Shown here piece by piece: positions 21,640-31,418 of a stretch of 64,000 nucleotides of DNA. Numbering within the stretch: the stretch's first letter is position 1; every line of letters begins with the position of its first letter. A model generated the notes under the pieces. It worked only from the letters and a program-made list of their open reading frames with translations, was not told the DNA's origin and ran no database searches. Both the position numbers and the translations under genes were made by a program. The DNA is from Escherichia phage vb_EcoM-VR5: the sequence record NC_028881.1. One strand, written 5' to 3'.

Positions 21640-21923
21640 TTTACCGTCCTTACAGTTTGTGTACTTCTATTATAAGCTACTTCATCTAAAAGCTCATTTA
21701 AAGTTTTGTGGTACGATATAATACGCTTATCTTTAATATCGTATTCAGTAACATACATAAATCCACGCCGAACACATTGGATAAAGATATCTTCATCTTT
21801 GGCTTGGAAATATACAGGGTTCAATCGAAGGAATTGTCTAAGGTTTCCATAATCATGGGATTTAGGGGTTCCATCAGTAATAGTATGAACAACAAACATA
21901 TTAACCTCGAGCAACCCATTCAA
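21636..21923 (-). CDS. hypothetical protein
   Basis: 95-aa ORF in the 30.x position, ATG-overlap coupled to the ligase gene. Confidence 0.5.
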   Translation of the reverse strand: MNGLLEVNMFVVHTITDGTPKSHDYGNLRQFLRLNPVYFQAKDEDIFIQCVRRGFMYVTEYDIKDKRIISYHKTLNELLDEVAYNRSTQTVRTVK

Positions 21924-22539
21924 CAGCCGTATTATTACGAAGAGATTCGATAGCTGCTATATCGTCCCACGAATTAACCTTTACTGCTAAATTAGGTTTA
22001 AAGTCACGTTCACCACGGGCTAACCAATAAACTTGGATATCCATAAGAACATTAGATGCAGCATCACAGTGGTGAGCCAAATCATCGACATAAAACTTAA
22101 TACGCTTACCATATGTATTTTTAGCTCTTACGAACAGGTCTTCTTTTGATTCTGAATGGCCACACATCAGAATCTCCTTGAATGCACCAGGGAACAAAGC
22201 ATTCAAATTGAATTGTCTATTCAGCAGGGCATCAATTGAGTCGCCTAGCGCAGTCACGGCTACAAAATCGAAGTCTTTTTTGAGCTTGTTGATGTGTTTT
22301 AATGCGTCCATATAAGGAGACAGATAACGAATGAAATCTGACTGATTGTATTTCTCGATTAAACGAGCGCCTAATTCGTTGTCACAATTAAACAGCTCAC
22401 CTGGAGATAAGAAACGTTCGTCCTGAATCATATTCAAAATATGTTCTAAAGGCAAATTATATTTCTGAGCGAAATAAGGCAAGCCGGACTGCCAACTTAA
22501 ACATACTCCATCGATATCTGTTAAGATAACTGGTTTCAT
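21901..22539 (-). CDS. HAD-superfamily hydrolase-like protein
   Basis: 212 aa; N-terminal LTDIDGV matches HAD motif I (DxDG[TV]); later FYVDDLAHH consistent with the metal-binding motif. Confidence 0.55.
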   Translation of the reverse strand: MKPVILTDIDGVCLSWQSGLPYFAQKYNLPLEHILNMIQDERFLSPGELFNCDNELGARLIEKYNQSDFIRYLSPYMDALKHINKLKKDFDFVAVTALGDSIDALLNRQFNLNALFPGAFKEILMCGHSESKEDLFVRAKNTYGKRIKFYVDDLAHHCDAASNVLMDIQVYWLARGERDFKPNLAVKVNSWDDIAAIESLRNNTAVEWVARG

Positions 22540-23003
22540 AATAAATCTCTCAATTTGTTTAGGATGTCGATAAACTCTTTTTCAGTTAGTATTGTATCAC
22601 ATTCTGTAAGGTGGCTTGCCATAGAATGCTTTAAAACTTTACCTTTTGTAGCTTGTAAGGCGTCACGGAATCCTTTGTTTTGGAGCGCTGCTTCAAAATA
22701 TGCACTTGTATACAACTCTTTCCATGCTGCAGAGTATCTTGAAAAGGGAATTCCAAGCCAGAAAAGCGTCCCACGGTCCACAGCTCTTGCATAAGCTCTT
22801 CCAGTTTGTTGTGCGACCAGTCCGGACATCCCAAATATACGTTTTTGTTGTTCATAATTTCTCACCTTGCACCCTTGGAGGAAGCCTTCAAGACCTCCAA
22901 ACTGGATACCATCCATAACAAAAGGCCATTTGGCAAAGTTACTTAATGCACATGATGGCCACGGGAAATTGCTTCTGATTTCTAACTCAGACATCTTTGA
23001 CAC
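22536..23003 (-). CDS. YbiA/NADAR-like domain protein
   Basis: 155 aa; LSNFAKWPFVMDGIQFGGLEGFLQGCK resembles the conserved SNF..WP...DG core of the YbiA (NADAR) family. Confidence 0.5.
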   Translation of the reverse strand: MSKMSELEIRSNFPWPSCALSNFAKWPFVMDGIQFGGLEGFLQGCKVRNYEQQKRIFGMSGLVAQQTGRAYARAVDRGTLFWLGIPFSRYSAAWKELYTSAYFEAALQNKGFRDALQATKGKVLKHSMASHLTECDTILTEKEFIDILNKLRDLL

Positions 23004-23199
23004 TTATAATATCGATATCACACCAATGGCCATAACCTGGTAGACGGTCTTCAACAGATAAACCGCTGACATATTTGAGCATCGTTGTTTTCATTATAAC
23101 AGGTTCAATATCTTGACCGCCTGGGCGAACATCAGTCACACGATAAGTCACTTCGACCATTTCAGTACCTAACAATTTCTGAATCAGTTTCTTAAACAT
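22987..23199 (-). CDS. hypothetical protein
   Basis: 70-aa ORF in the packed minus-strand early cluster. Confidence 0.4.
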   Translation of the reverse strand: MFKKLIQKLLGTEMVEVTYRVTDVRPGGQDIEPVIMKTTMLKYVSGLSVEDRLPGYGHWCDIDIISVKDV

Positions 23200-23200
23200 A

Positions 23201-23395
23201 TTATCCTCGCTTTAAATATTTGATTACAGACAATTCTTGTCCCATGCGTACGTCTTCAGTTCCGTCAACCCACAGGACTGCATAGGCTTCTTTAATTACT
23301 TTACCGTTAATTTTAAAAGCAGGTAAAACCTTTGAAATCATTCCAGGAATACCTATGCCTTTTAACTGGACTGTTTGTGATAAAAATAATTTCAT
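23201..23395 (-). CDS. hypothetical protein
   Basis: 64-aa ORF preceded by the shared TGAGG junction sequence. Confidence 0.45.
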   Translation of the reverse strand: MKLFLSQTVQLKGIGIPGMISKVLPAFKINGKVIKEAYAVLWVDGTEDVRMGQELSVIKYLKRG

Positions 23396-23402
23396 GTTAG
23401 CC

Positions 23403-23705
23403 TCAATATTTCATTTGGAAGCAACGTGGCTCGTCACATTCAATAAAGAACTTACAGTCTGCAGCAGAAATAATGATTCGCTCATCTTGACGGGCATCTG
23501 TTTTGATAGATTTCATATCATAAGACACGTTATCATCTGGTATATAGATTTTATACACGTCGCCATTATGGGCGAAATCAACACGGAACAGCTCTAGACC
23601 TATTAAATCAGTCACAAGACTGTTTATAGCGTAGAACTCATCAAGCTGACTAGTAGGCAAACAATACCATTTACCTTCAGTAAACTCTAACATAATTAAC
23701 CTCAA
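23403..23705 (-). CDS. hypothetical protein with C-terminal FQMKY
   Basis: 100-aa ORF; its last codons plus stop plus SD are near-identical at DNA level to the 3' end of the upstream gene. Confidence 0.5.
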   Translation of the reverse strand: MRLIMLEFTEGKWYCLPTSQLDEFYAINSLVTDLIGLELFRVDFAHNGDVYKIYIPDDNVSYDMKSIKTDARQDERIIISAADCKFFIECDEPRCFQMKY

Positions 23706-23989
23706 TATTTCATTTGGAAGCCGTATGGCTTAACGTCACCGCCATCCATATTTGATGTATTAATTTCGCTGGCATCAACCATGGAAATATCAACATCATT
23801 GCGCAGTTTAACGATTGCTAGAGTATCGCGACCATTTACAGTGCGGAATTCTAGTGGACAAACTACATCAACATAGTTCTTAATGGAATCGCGTGTTGGT
23901 TCACACCCAGCAGGAACATTAGGGCCTTTTTTAGAGAAAACAACTTCACAGAAATTTTTACGAGTATCGAAATAAGTGGTCATAAACAT
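23702..23989 (-). CDS. hypothetical protein with C-terminal FQMKY
   Basis: 95-aa ORF; shares only the 3' terminal cassette with 23403-23705. Confidence 0.5.
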   Translation of the reverse strand: MFMTTYFDTRKNFCEVVFSKKGPNVPAGCEPTRDSIKNYVDVVCPLEFRTVNGRDTLAIVKLRNDVDISMVDASEINTSNMDGGDVKPYGFQMKY

Positions 23990-24003
23990 AATATTTTCCT
24001 CAA

Positions 24004-24019
24004 GGAGGCCGAAGCCTCC
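24004..24019 (-). terminator. GC tetraloop hairpin
   Basis: ggaggc-cgaa-gcctcc; identical 16-mer recurs at 62994-63009. Confidence 0.45.
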
Positions 24020-24027
24020 ATTTAAGA

Positions 24028-24393
24028 TTAGATATCAAACTCGTTAAGAACTACATCAAAGATTGCTTCAAGATGTTCAGGTTTAGCTCGGTTACTCAGA
24101 ATATGTCGAATCCAAGTTTTAACTAAGAGTTTACGATTATCACCGTTCCAACAAGGATGAGTGCCTAAATCGCGTTCACGGAAATCATCATCTAGAGCGA
24201 TTTTAAAGTTGGAACCTTCCTTAGTGATTGAAAGAGTGATACCGTTTTCAAATCGCATATAAACGTAGTTAGGAGTCATGCACTGCTCGATTTCACATAC
24301 TGAACCGTTTTCATGTTTCCACAGGCAAATAACTTCAGAAGAACCAGCGATACCATTAGAAACATATTTACGTTCGAAGTTGATGTAGTTCAT
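24028..24393 (-). CDS. hypothetical protein
   Basis: 121-aa ORF with upstream early-promoter cassette. Confidence 0.5.
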   Translation of the reverse strand: MNYINFERKYVSNGIAGSSEVICLWKHENGSVCEIEQCMTPNYVYMRFENGITLSITKEGSNFKIALDDDFRERDLGTHPCWNGDNRKLLVKTWIRHILSNRAKPEHLEAIFDVVLNEFDI

Positions 24394-24437
24394 TTTATTA
24401 TCCTTTGGTTTGTTTTCGTATTATTTGGTACAGGTCT

Positions 24438-24466
24438 ATAATAACACAACCTGTACCAAAGTAAAA
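24438..24466 (-). promoter_or_regulatory. early promoter / PeSL-like cassette
   Basis: Minus strand TTTTAC-(17 nt)-TATTAT embedded in inverted repeat ggtacagg...cctgtacc; 5' flank shared with the cassette at 24834. Confidence 0.5.
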
Positions 24467-24469
24467 CAT

Positions 24470-24802
24470 TTATTTCACAACATTCCAATTTTTCATATCA
24501 AGTTTACCAACTTTTTTCATCTGAGTAATCAGACGTTCGGCACGCTCACGAGCAGTAACATAATAGAATTCACCGATTTTGTTTTCTTCAATACGACCTG
24601 TAATTACAGTTTTCAGTTCGTAAATCCAACCTGTAAAGAAGTTGTGAAGCTCAATAGTAAAGGTGAAATCAGTACCCATACCTTCAGTGGTTTCAACTTC
24701 AATAATATCACCTTCAACTGCTGTCAGGACCCACATGGTTTCTTGATATTCACCGTTGAAACATTTAGCTTTAACAGATGCATTCAGGTTTACAGTTTTC
24801 AT
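24470..24802 (-). CDS. hypothetical protein
   Basis: 110-aa ORF, first gene after the terminator-proximal promoter cassette. Confidence 0.5.
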   Translation of the reverse strand: MKTVNLNASVKAKCFNGEYQETMWVLTAVEGDIIEVETTEGMGTDFTFTIELHNFFTGWIYELKTVITGRIEENKIGEFYYVTARERAERLITQMKKVGKLDMKNWNVVK

Positions 24803-24833
24803 TTTATTCTCCAGTTTGTTTTCGTATTATTTG

Positions 24834-24862
24834 GTACATGTCTATAGTATCATGCCTACCGG
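24834..24862 (-). promoter_or_regulatory. early promoter / PeSL-like cassette
   Basis: Minus strand GTGTAC-(17 nt)-TACTAT overlapping ctatagtatcatg core. Confidence 0.5.
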
Positions 24863-24901
24863 AGATGTACACCCTTTTTTTAAAGATTTAGAAACAAAAA
24901 T

Positions 24902-24919
24902 GGGACTCCGAAGAGTCCC
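24902..24919 (-). terminator. intrinsic terminator hairpin
   Basis: gggactc-cgaa-gagtccc followed on the minus strand by a T-rich tract. Confidence 0.6.
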
Positions 24920-24924
24920 ATAAC

Positions 24925-25086
24925 TTATGCAATCACTTTACCGAAGCAAGCAGCATCTGCACGCAATACTGCACGAGCACGAGCTTGAAGCTTATCAACT
25001 ACCTGATTGATACGCTTGTTGGACGCACGCTTGTAACCAGCGCGTTTAGAGGTCCCGTCAACTACTTTAACTTCTTTCTTAGCCAT
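24925..25086 (-). CDS. small highly basic protein
   Basis: 53-aa ORF (MAKKEVKVVDGTSKRAGYKRASNKRINQVV...), below the ORF-track cutoff; Lys/Arg-rich; terminator immediately downstream. Confidence 0.4.
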   Translation of the reverse strand: MAKKEVKVVDGTSKRAGYKRASNKRINQVVDKLQARARAVLRADAACFGKVIA

Positions 25087-25481
25087 TATAAAATCTCTTT
25101 AAATGAAAATGCAGGACTTATTGGCATTGCCTGCGCAAGCCCTCAAGGGGAACATAGGTTTTGGATATTTAACGACAGGATAACCATAAACCTCGTCATC
25201 ATACTTATAGCTCTTATCTGTTGCACACCGTTAGCTTAAAGGTTCCGGGTTCGATTTCTCGAGGATAAGATATATACTGATGGGTATATAGGCCTTGAGG
25301 CGTACTCCCGATTGGCCATCACCTCGGGGTAGCATGCACTTGCCGCTATAAAATAACATTCAAGAGGTACACCGTAAAACTGCCGGGGTCTTAAAACTAT
25401 AATGATTCTCAAATCATTAATCAGACAGTTCGACGGCTCCTCGATTTTCTAGCCGCACTAAGGTAGCGAATCACCTAAAAC
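25087..25481. other. ORF-free intergenic island with multiple predicted helices (candidate structured RNA or decayed gene)
   Basis: About 390 bp without a credible ORF in an otherwise tightly packed cluster; nested inverted repeats (cctcaagg 25141 / ccttgagg 25293; tcttatc 25213 / gataaga 25264; tatatac 25271 / gtatata 25284). Confidence 0.3.
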
Positions 25482-25730
25482 TTATTTAAGGGTAATAACA
25501 AAATGACGTACTGCTTTACGAGCTGCAGAAGCCAAAGGCTTAGCAAATTTCAGTTCATCTTTAGCTTCCAGCTCAGAAGCCAGGGCAGCCTGTACCGGGT
25601 TCAGATGTTTGAAATAACGCAGGATTTCCAGTGCTTCGGCTTCAACATCAATAGATGCGCCATAGTTTTCGTGACCGTTGTTCCAAGCGTTGCGTTGCAG
25701 TTCAAGAGCGTGATTCAGATGTTTGTTCAT
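25482..25730 (-). CDS. rIII: rIII lysis-inhibition accessory protein
   Basis: 82-aa ORF, same length as T4 rIII, directly downstream of gene 31. Confidence 0.65.
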   Translation of the reverse strand: MNKHLNHALELQRNAWNNGHENYGASIDVEAEALEILRYFKHLNPVQAALASELEAKDELKFAKPLASAARKAVRHFVITLK

Positions 25731-25876
25731 TTTAGTTTCTCAATTCGAGATAAAGATTGGTGGACACGTTCTTCTGAATTTCACTTCCTTTCGGCAAGTC
25801 TCTCAGTTGTAGTCCACCGCTTAGAATTGTTCGGTTAACTTATTATTCCGACACCCAATTCATATTATTATTTATA

Positions 25877-26200
25877 TCACTTATAAAGACACGGAATAGC
25901 TTTATAGTGACAAGTAACGAATTTCTGTTTAATTTCTTTAGGCTGTTTAATACCTAATGCAACTAATGGATGAGGCACGTTAGCAATCTTACCGACAGGA
26001 AGTGGGGTCAAATCACCTACTTCACAAAAATCTTCAGGGACATCAGGTCCTACAGAATAAACTTCACAGAGTTCAGGGATTTCACCTTGATGAAGTTTGC
26101 CAATAACGATACCTGATGCAGTAGTTTCTTCATCACCAGCTTGTTTTGGTTCGGAAACGAGAATAATATATTCTCCGACCGCTTTAATAGGAAGTTCCAT
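25877..26200 (-). CDS. 31: co-chaperonin gp31 (GroES analogue)
   Basis: 107 aa; strong match to T4 gp31 ([59 protein letters not shown]). Confidence 0.9.
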   Translation of the reverse strand: MELPIKAVGEYIILVSEPKQAGDEETTASGIVIGKLHQGEIPELCEVYSVGPDVPEDFCEVGDLTPLPVGKIANVPHPLVALGIKQPKEIKQKFVTCHYKAIPCLYK

Positions 26201-26231
26201 ATTTAATCCATGTTGTTTTGTTGATAAGATA

Positions 26232-26256
26232 ATATTATCACATTATTCTTAAAGCA
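26232..26256 (-). promoter_or_regulatory. MotA-box middle promoter-like element upstream of gene 31
   Basis: Minus strand TGCTTTA-(12 nt)-TAATAT; overlaps palindrome gataatattatc. Confidence 0.5.
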
Positions 26257-26258
26257 TA

Positions 26259-26558
26259 TTACATGACAAGCAGAGTTTCAGTCTGGAGCCCATTAACAGA
26301 AACCAGTTTATCGAAACGGAACGAGCGCCATTCGTTGAGCTTAGTATCAAATACCCTGATATAGCTAACAGGTTCTTTACTAGCTTCCGGCCTAGGGGCC
26401 TGGATTTCTTTATATGGGAGCAGGTCCAGGTCGCGAGTACAAGTCATACGACGGACACTGCCATCTGCTTTTTCAAACAGAACTTCATGAAAGCCGACAG
26501 ACAAGATAGTCTTGACTTTTTCACGAAGACGGATAGTTTCTTGTTCAGTTAAAATCAT
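26259..26558 (-). CDS. hypothetical protein (31.x position)
   Basis: 99-aa ORF. Confidence 0.5.
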   Translation of the reverse strand: MILTEQETIRLREKVKTILSVGFHEVLFEKADGSVRRMTCTRDLDLLPYKEIQAPRPEASKEPVSYIRVFDTKLNEWRSFRFDKLVSVNGLQTETLLVM

Positions 26559-26560
26559 AA

Positions 26561-26794
26561 TTATTCCAAGACAGTTTTAATAGTGGTTGCATTACGCTCT
26601 TTTAGAGCCCTTAATAGGTTATGGCAATTATCAAGAATAGGCACCGTTTTATATTTCATGTCGGCATAAACCCACTCAGATTTATAGTACGATTTCCACC
26701 GAGAGAAAAAGTACTTTTTGTATTCTACTGAAAAGGCTACTAAGCTTTCGCCTTTTGAGTTCAGACCTGAAAACTTAACTATTCGAAATTTCAT
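26561..26794 (-). CDS. hypothetical protein (31.x position)
   Basis: 77-aa ORF. Confidence 0.45.
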   Translation of the reverse strand: MKFRIVKFSGLNSKGESLVAFSVEYKKYFFSRWKSYYKSEWVYADMKYKTVPILDNCHNLLRALKERNATTIKTVLE

Positions 26795-27339
26795 TATTCA
26801 CCACAATAGTTTTGAATTGATTCCCAGTTCAGAGAACGGAGACCTGTACGGTTATACTGGATAACTTCAATCCCTGATTCACGGAGGATATCATCCCATC
26901 CTTCAGGATTTCGGTCATAGAGTTCAGCATAAACCAATGTTTTAATTCCGGACTGCGCAATAGACTTAGCACAATCTGCACACGGAGATAATGTCACGTA
27001 CATCGTAGCTCCGTCAATAGAACTTCCGGTACGGGCCGCAAACAAAATAGCGTTCAGTTCGGCGTGGATTTCATTTTTAGATGACCATGCGGCATGAGCC
27101 ATACGATGTTCTTTAAGAAGAATTGATTTATGCGACATTCGTGCCGTGTCATACACAACCCGAGTCCAGTCTTGTTCAGCCGCATGGTCACAACAGTTAA
27201 CACCACCGGAAGGCGAACCATTATACCCTGTAGAAATAATACGGCCATTCTTTTCGATAACTGCACCCACTTTCCATGAACAACATTTTGATTCTTGAGA
27301 AATCAGATATGCAATCTGAAGGTATGTGCTTGCTTTCAT
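26794..27339 (-). CDS. cd: dCMP deaminase
   Basis: 181 aa; cytidine/dCMP deaminase zinc motifs HAELNAILFAA and PCADC present. Confidence 0.85.
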   Translation of the reverse strand: MKASTYLQIAYLISQESKCCSWKVGAVIEKNGRIISTGYNGSPSGGVNCCDHAAEQDWTRVVYDTARMSHKSILLKEHRMAHAAWSSKNEIHAELNAILFAARTGSSIDGATMYVTLSPCADCAKSIAQSGIKTLVYAELYDRNPEGWDDILRESGIEVIQYNRTGLRSLNWESIQNYCGE

Positions 27340-27677
27340 TACATCACCATGATATAGGCAGATTTATCAGTTTCAACACGATATAATTCATGTCGCAATT
27401 TCGTGATTGATTTAACACGTGAGGTTAATATACCATAACCATCTTTAAAGCGTTTTTTCTTATCAAAGAATACCACGCCTGCTAATGAATTACCGATTTC
27501 AACTGGTAACATAGTCAACAACACGCCATCATAATCAGCTGGGCTAATGCTTTTAAACAAAGTATCATTCATCAACAAAGCCCGGATAAGTTGTATAGCA
27601 CCATCAGAGAGACCGCGATGGTCTCCATCCTTGTCTTCCTGTAATGCAGTGGTAATAGCTTCTACTAAACTAATCAT
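27339..27677 (-). CDS. hypothetical protein
   Basis: 112-aa ORF, start/stop coupled to neighbours. Confidence 0.5.
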   Translation of the reverse strand: MISLVEAITTALQEDKDGDHRGLSDGAIQLIRALLMNDTLFKSISPADYDGVLLTMLPVEIGNSLAGVVFFDKKKRFKDGYGILTSRVKSITKLRHELYRVETDKSAYIMVM

Positions 27678-27907
27678 TGAATGTACACTCGCTGAGCTTC
27701 GACCAAACCATCAGAACCGAGTTTCAACTGGGTAATCTGGTCGCCATCTTTAGGATTAACAATAACTAGTACTGCACGTGGTGATTCCTGGATTACACGC
27801 AGAGTCGCATCCGGAAAACGTACAGAAACCTTATTAATCAGGGCCTGAGCAAATTCTTTAACTTTAACGTGAAACTGCTCTACAGTAATAGGTTGTTCGC
27901 TCAGCAT
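27674..27907 (-). CDS. hypothetical protein
   Basis: 77-aa ORF. Confidence 0.45.
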   Translation of the reverse strand: MLSEQPITVEQFHVKVKEFAQALINKVSVRFPDATLRVIQESPRAVLVIVNPKDGDQITQLKLGSDGLVEAQRVYIQ

Positions 27908-28461
27908 CAGATAGTCTCCAACTTAAGTTGTCTTGTAGTGGTAGCTTGGGTAACGTCGCCTTTGACGATATAACACACTTGTTGGAACGAATTAATCAAA
28001 AGCTCCTCGGCTTGTCGATCAGCTTGTTCCTTTGTGTTATGGCGAGAATGAACTGTAATCTTACCATTTTTAACTACAAGCACTTTCCAGTCGGCAGTAG
28101 TTTTTACAGGTTTAGGCTCATCATTTTCAGGAATACTCACTGATGCCAATGGACGTACCACTTCAATAAAGCATTCAAATTCATGGCCAAAAAAGCCTGC
28201 TGAATTAAAAAGAATACTATTTGAATCATCAGGATTACCGGTGATTTTACTCAGGTCAACAAACATCATCTCATCATGTACACGAATTCGGCTTACACTT
28301 TCGCGACCATTATGATAATCAATTTCAACTTCAAATGGATTCATACCTACATACTTGGCAAAAGCAGTGTTAAGCCTGTAAGCACCGTTATTAGTGAATT
28401 TATTTTTATAATGCTCGCTTATAAATTTGTAAAACTTACGTTCTTCAAAGAACTTACCCAT
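27907..28461 (-). CDS. hypothetical protein
   Basis: 184-aa ORF with promoter cassette upstream. Confidence 0.5.
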   Translation of the reverse strand: MGKFFEERKFYKFISEHYKNKFTNNGAYRLNTAFAKYVGMNPFEVEIDYHNGRESVSRIRVHDEMMFVDLSKITGNPDDSNSILFNSAGFFGHEFECFIEVVRPLASVSIPENDEPKPVKTTADWKVLVVKNGKITVHSRHNTKEQADRQAEELLINSFQQVCYIVKGDVTQATTTRQLKLETI

Positions 28462-28489
28462 TTCGATTTCCTCATGTGTTGGTAGGACT

Positions 28490-28519
28490 ACTATACCACA
28501 GTCCTACCATGGTGTAAAC
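28490..28519 (-). promoter_or_regulatory. early promoter / PeSL-like cassette
   Basis: Minus strand GTTTAC at 28514-28519 and TATAGT-like -10 within inverted repeat ggtaggact...agtcctacc. Confidence 0.45.
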
Positions 28520-28521
28520 AC

Positions 28522-28800
28522 TTAAATTGCTTCGACAACTACCGTTTGTTTCTGGAAGTCCATTTTGCATGAAATAGCCAAAATATGGTCATCAATTTTA
28601 AATGGAACAATTGCAAATGCTGCACCTGGTGTGAGTTGAACAGTGATTGCATCAACTGCATCCGGGAACATGATTTCCAGAATAGCAGACAAACGACCAT
28701 GCACTTTTAGTTCAGTCGACACGTCTAGGCTTTCGTATAGATAATCAGATACAATCTGACTAAAAACTACTTTAACAATTTCAGAATATGTAGGAAACAT
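28522..28800 (-). CDS. hypothetical protein
   Basis: 92-aa ORF. Confidence 0.5.
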   Translation of the reverse strand: MFPTYSEIVKVVFSQIVSDYLYESLDVSTELKVHGRLSAILEIMFPDAVDAITVQLTPGAAFAIVPFKIDDHILAISCKMDFQKQTVVVEAI

Positions 28801-28846
28801 TTCTTTTCTCGCTCAGTTATTGGGGTTATTCAAAGGACCTAGACCC

Positions 28847-28871
28847 ATTATAACATAAAAGTTTTAAAGCA
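28847..28871 (-). promoter_or_regulatory. MotA-box middle promoter-like element
   Basis: Minus strand TGCTTTA-(12 nt)-TATAAT; 22-nt core aggacctagacccattataaca identical to 884-905. Confidence 0.5.
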
Positions 28872-29087
28872 TTAATGAACGGTATGCACCTTGACATTAA
28901 CGATAAATCGGTCGATGACTTCAGTCAGCGGAACGAATTCAACATAGTACTCGCCTTTATAACGTTCGTTCAAATCGTTACGCAGTGCAGCCAGGTTATT
29001 GATAAGAGCAGGAGACATATTCTGCCCTACCAGTTTCTGAAGCTCTTTATAAGCTTCTTCTTCAACTTCATGATGTTTATTATACAT
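28872..29087 (-). CDS. hypothetical protein
   Basis: ORF 28872-29162 trimmed to internal ATG (MYNKHHEVEEE...) giving the usual ATG/stop overlap with the upstream gene; 71 aa. Confidence 0.4.
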   Translation of the reverse strand: MYNKHHEVEEEAYKELQKLVGQNMSPALINNLAALRNDLNERYKGEYYVEFVPLTEVIDRFIVNVKVHTVH

Positions 29088-29276
29088 AATGTTCTTCCAA
29101 GAAGGCAAGGAGTTCAGGTGCGGATTTAAAAATACCACCATCCACCTTGTCTTCATTATCATAGTCCATTACATCCAGGCCAATACGTCCATCAGTTAAA
29201 GGCCATACGCCGAAGTAAAAGCATTTACGTTTTTCAATTTCTTCGATTGTACGAAAAATCTTTTCGATGTTATTCA

Positions 29277-29277
<1 letters not shown>
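29080..29277 (-). CDS. hypothetical protein
   Basis: 65-aa ORF directly downstream of pseT. Confidence 0.45.
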
Positions 29278-30477
<1,200 letters not shown>

Positions 30478-30481
<4 letters not shown>

Positions 30482-30996
30482 ACACCAAGCTCCTTATAAA
30501 GTTCTTCGCGACAGGTTTTAAGGATTTTACCAGTTTCATAAGCTGTGCTTTCAGAAACATCACCAAGTGCAGCGGCAGCTTGCATTTGGCCGTGGCGTTT
30601 AGCTGCGTATTCAAAACTTTTTACTAGCTCACGAATACGTTCTTTTTCATTGTACTCTTCAATGAATTCAGGGTATTCCCAAACCGGGCGCATCATACGA
30701 TACCACTGTTGGATGGTAATATAATTACTTCCATTCAAATTAATAATCTGTGAAGGCTCAATAGACCCTGGAGCATAAAAAGTTACCTGTCTTACTACAT
30801 CAATACCGTCTACAATAGCCCAAGCAAAATCGAAAGTTGCCTTCTTTTCAATCGGCGTGCTTGCACAGGACCCTAGTTTAAGGAGCTTTTGTAATACAGG
30901 AGATTTAATACTTGAAATGTATTCAGGCTTAGCCACAAAACTGTTATCACGTAATGTCATAATAATTTCCTCAATTTTTATAATCCGTAGGAGCAT
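30478..30996 (-). CDS. hypothetical protein (start uncertain: M1 or M13)
   Basis: 172-aa ORF; alternative ATG 12 codons downstream. Confidence 0.5.
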
Positions 30997-31127
30997 TATA
31001 CTCTGCTCCCAAGAGTTTGTAAACTACTTTCCAAAAAGACCGTGCATACACATGCTGAACACAATTCCGAAACAAAAGAATGCGGCGCCAAATCTAACAG
31101 CATCCCAACCACAAACACATGTCTCGA

Positions 31128-31418
31128 TCATTTACACCTCTCCTCTTTTAACCCAGAACGATAATAACATAACATAGATTTCTGGTCTTGTACATATCTT
31201 TTTACATCGTTTAACCAAATGCGATGTTCTTGGGAGTCTTCGAATGGCATTCCAACCCAAGCCTTACCATCGATTACCTTGACCTGCCATTTAACCGAAT
31301 GTTTGGTAATAGATTGTGGCCATGAAGGGTGTAGTTGTTGCTTAGGCGCCACAGGAATATCCTGAGCACACCCGACTAATAAGCCAATAGATAACATTAC
31401 TGCAGACAATTTAATCAT
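31128..31418 (-). CDS. outer-membrane spanin lipoprotein (o-spanin)
   Basis: 96 aa; signal peptide ending in lipobox LVGC; immediately downstream of the i-spanin, as the T4 pseT.2/pseT.3 pair. Confidence 0.7.
   Translation of the reverse strand: MIKLSAVMLSIGLLVGCAQDIPVAPKQQLHPSWPQSITKHSVKWQVKVIDGKAWVGMPFEDSQEHRIWLNDVKRYVQDQKSMLCYYRSGLKEERCK

Noticed and set aside
25241-25263. tRNA-like GGTTCGATT motif in the ORF-free island
   Set aside because: Flanking 5-nt segments (ccggg / tctcg) cannot form a T-stem and no acceptor or anticodon arm could be built on either strand
31036-31133. 35-codon hydrophobic ORF between the spanin and pseT.1-like genes
   Set aside because: Very short; could be real but nothing beyond an open frame supports it
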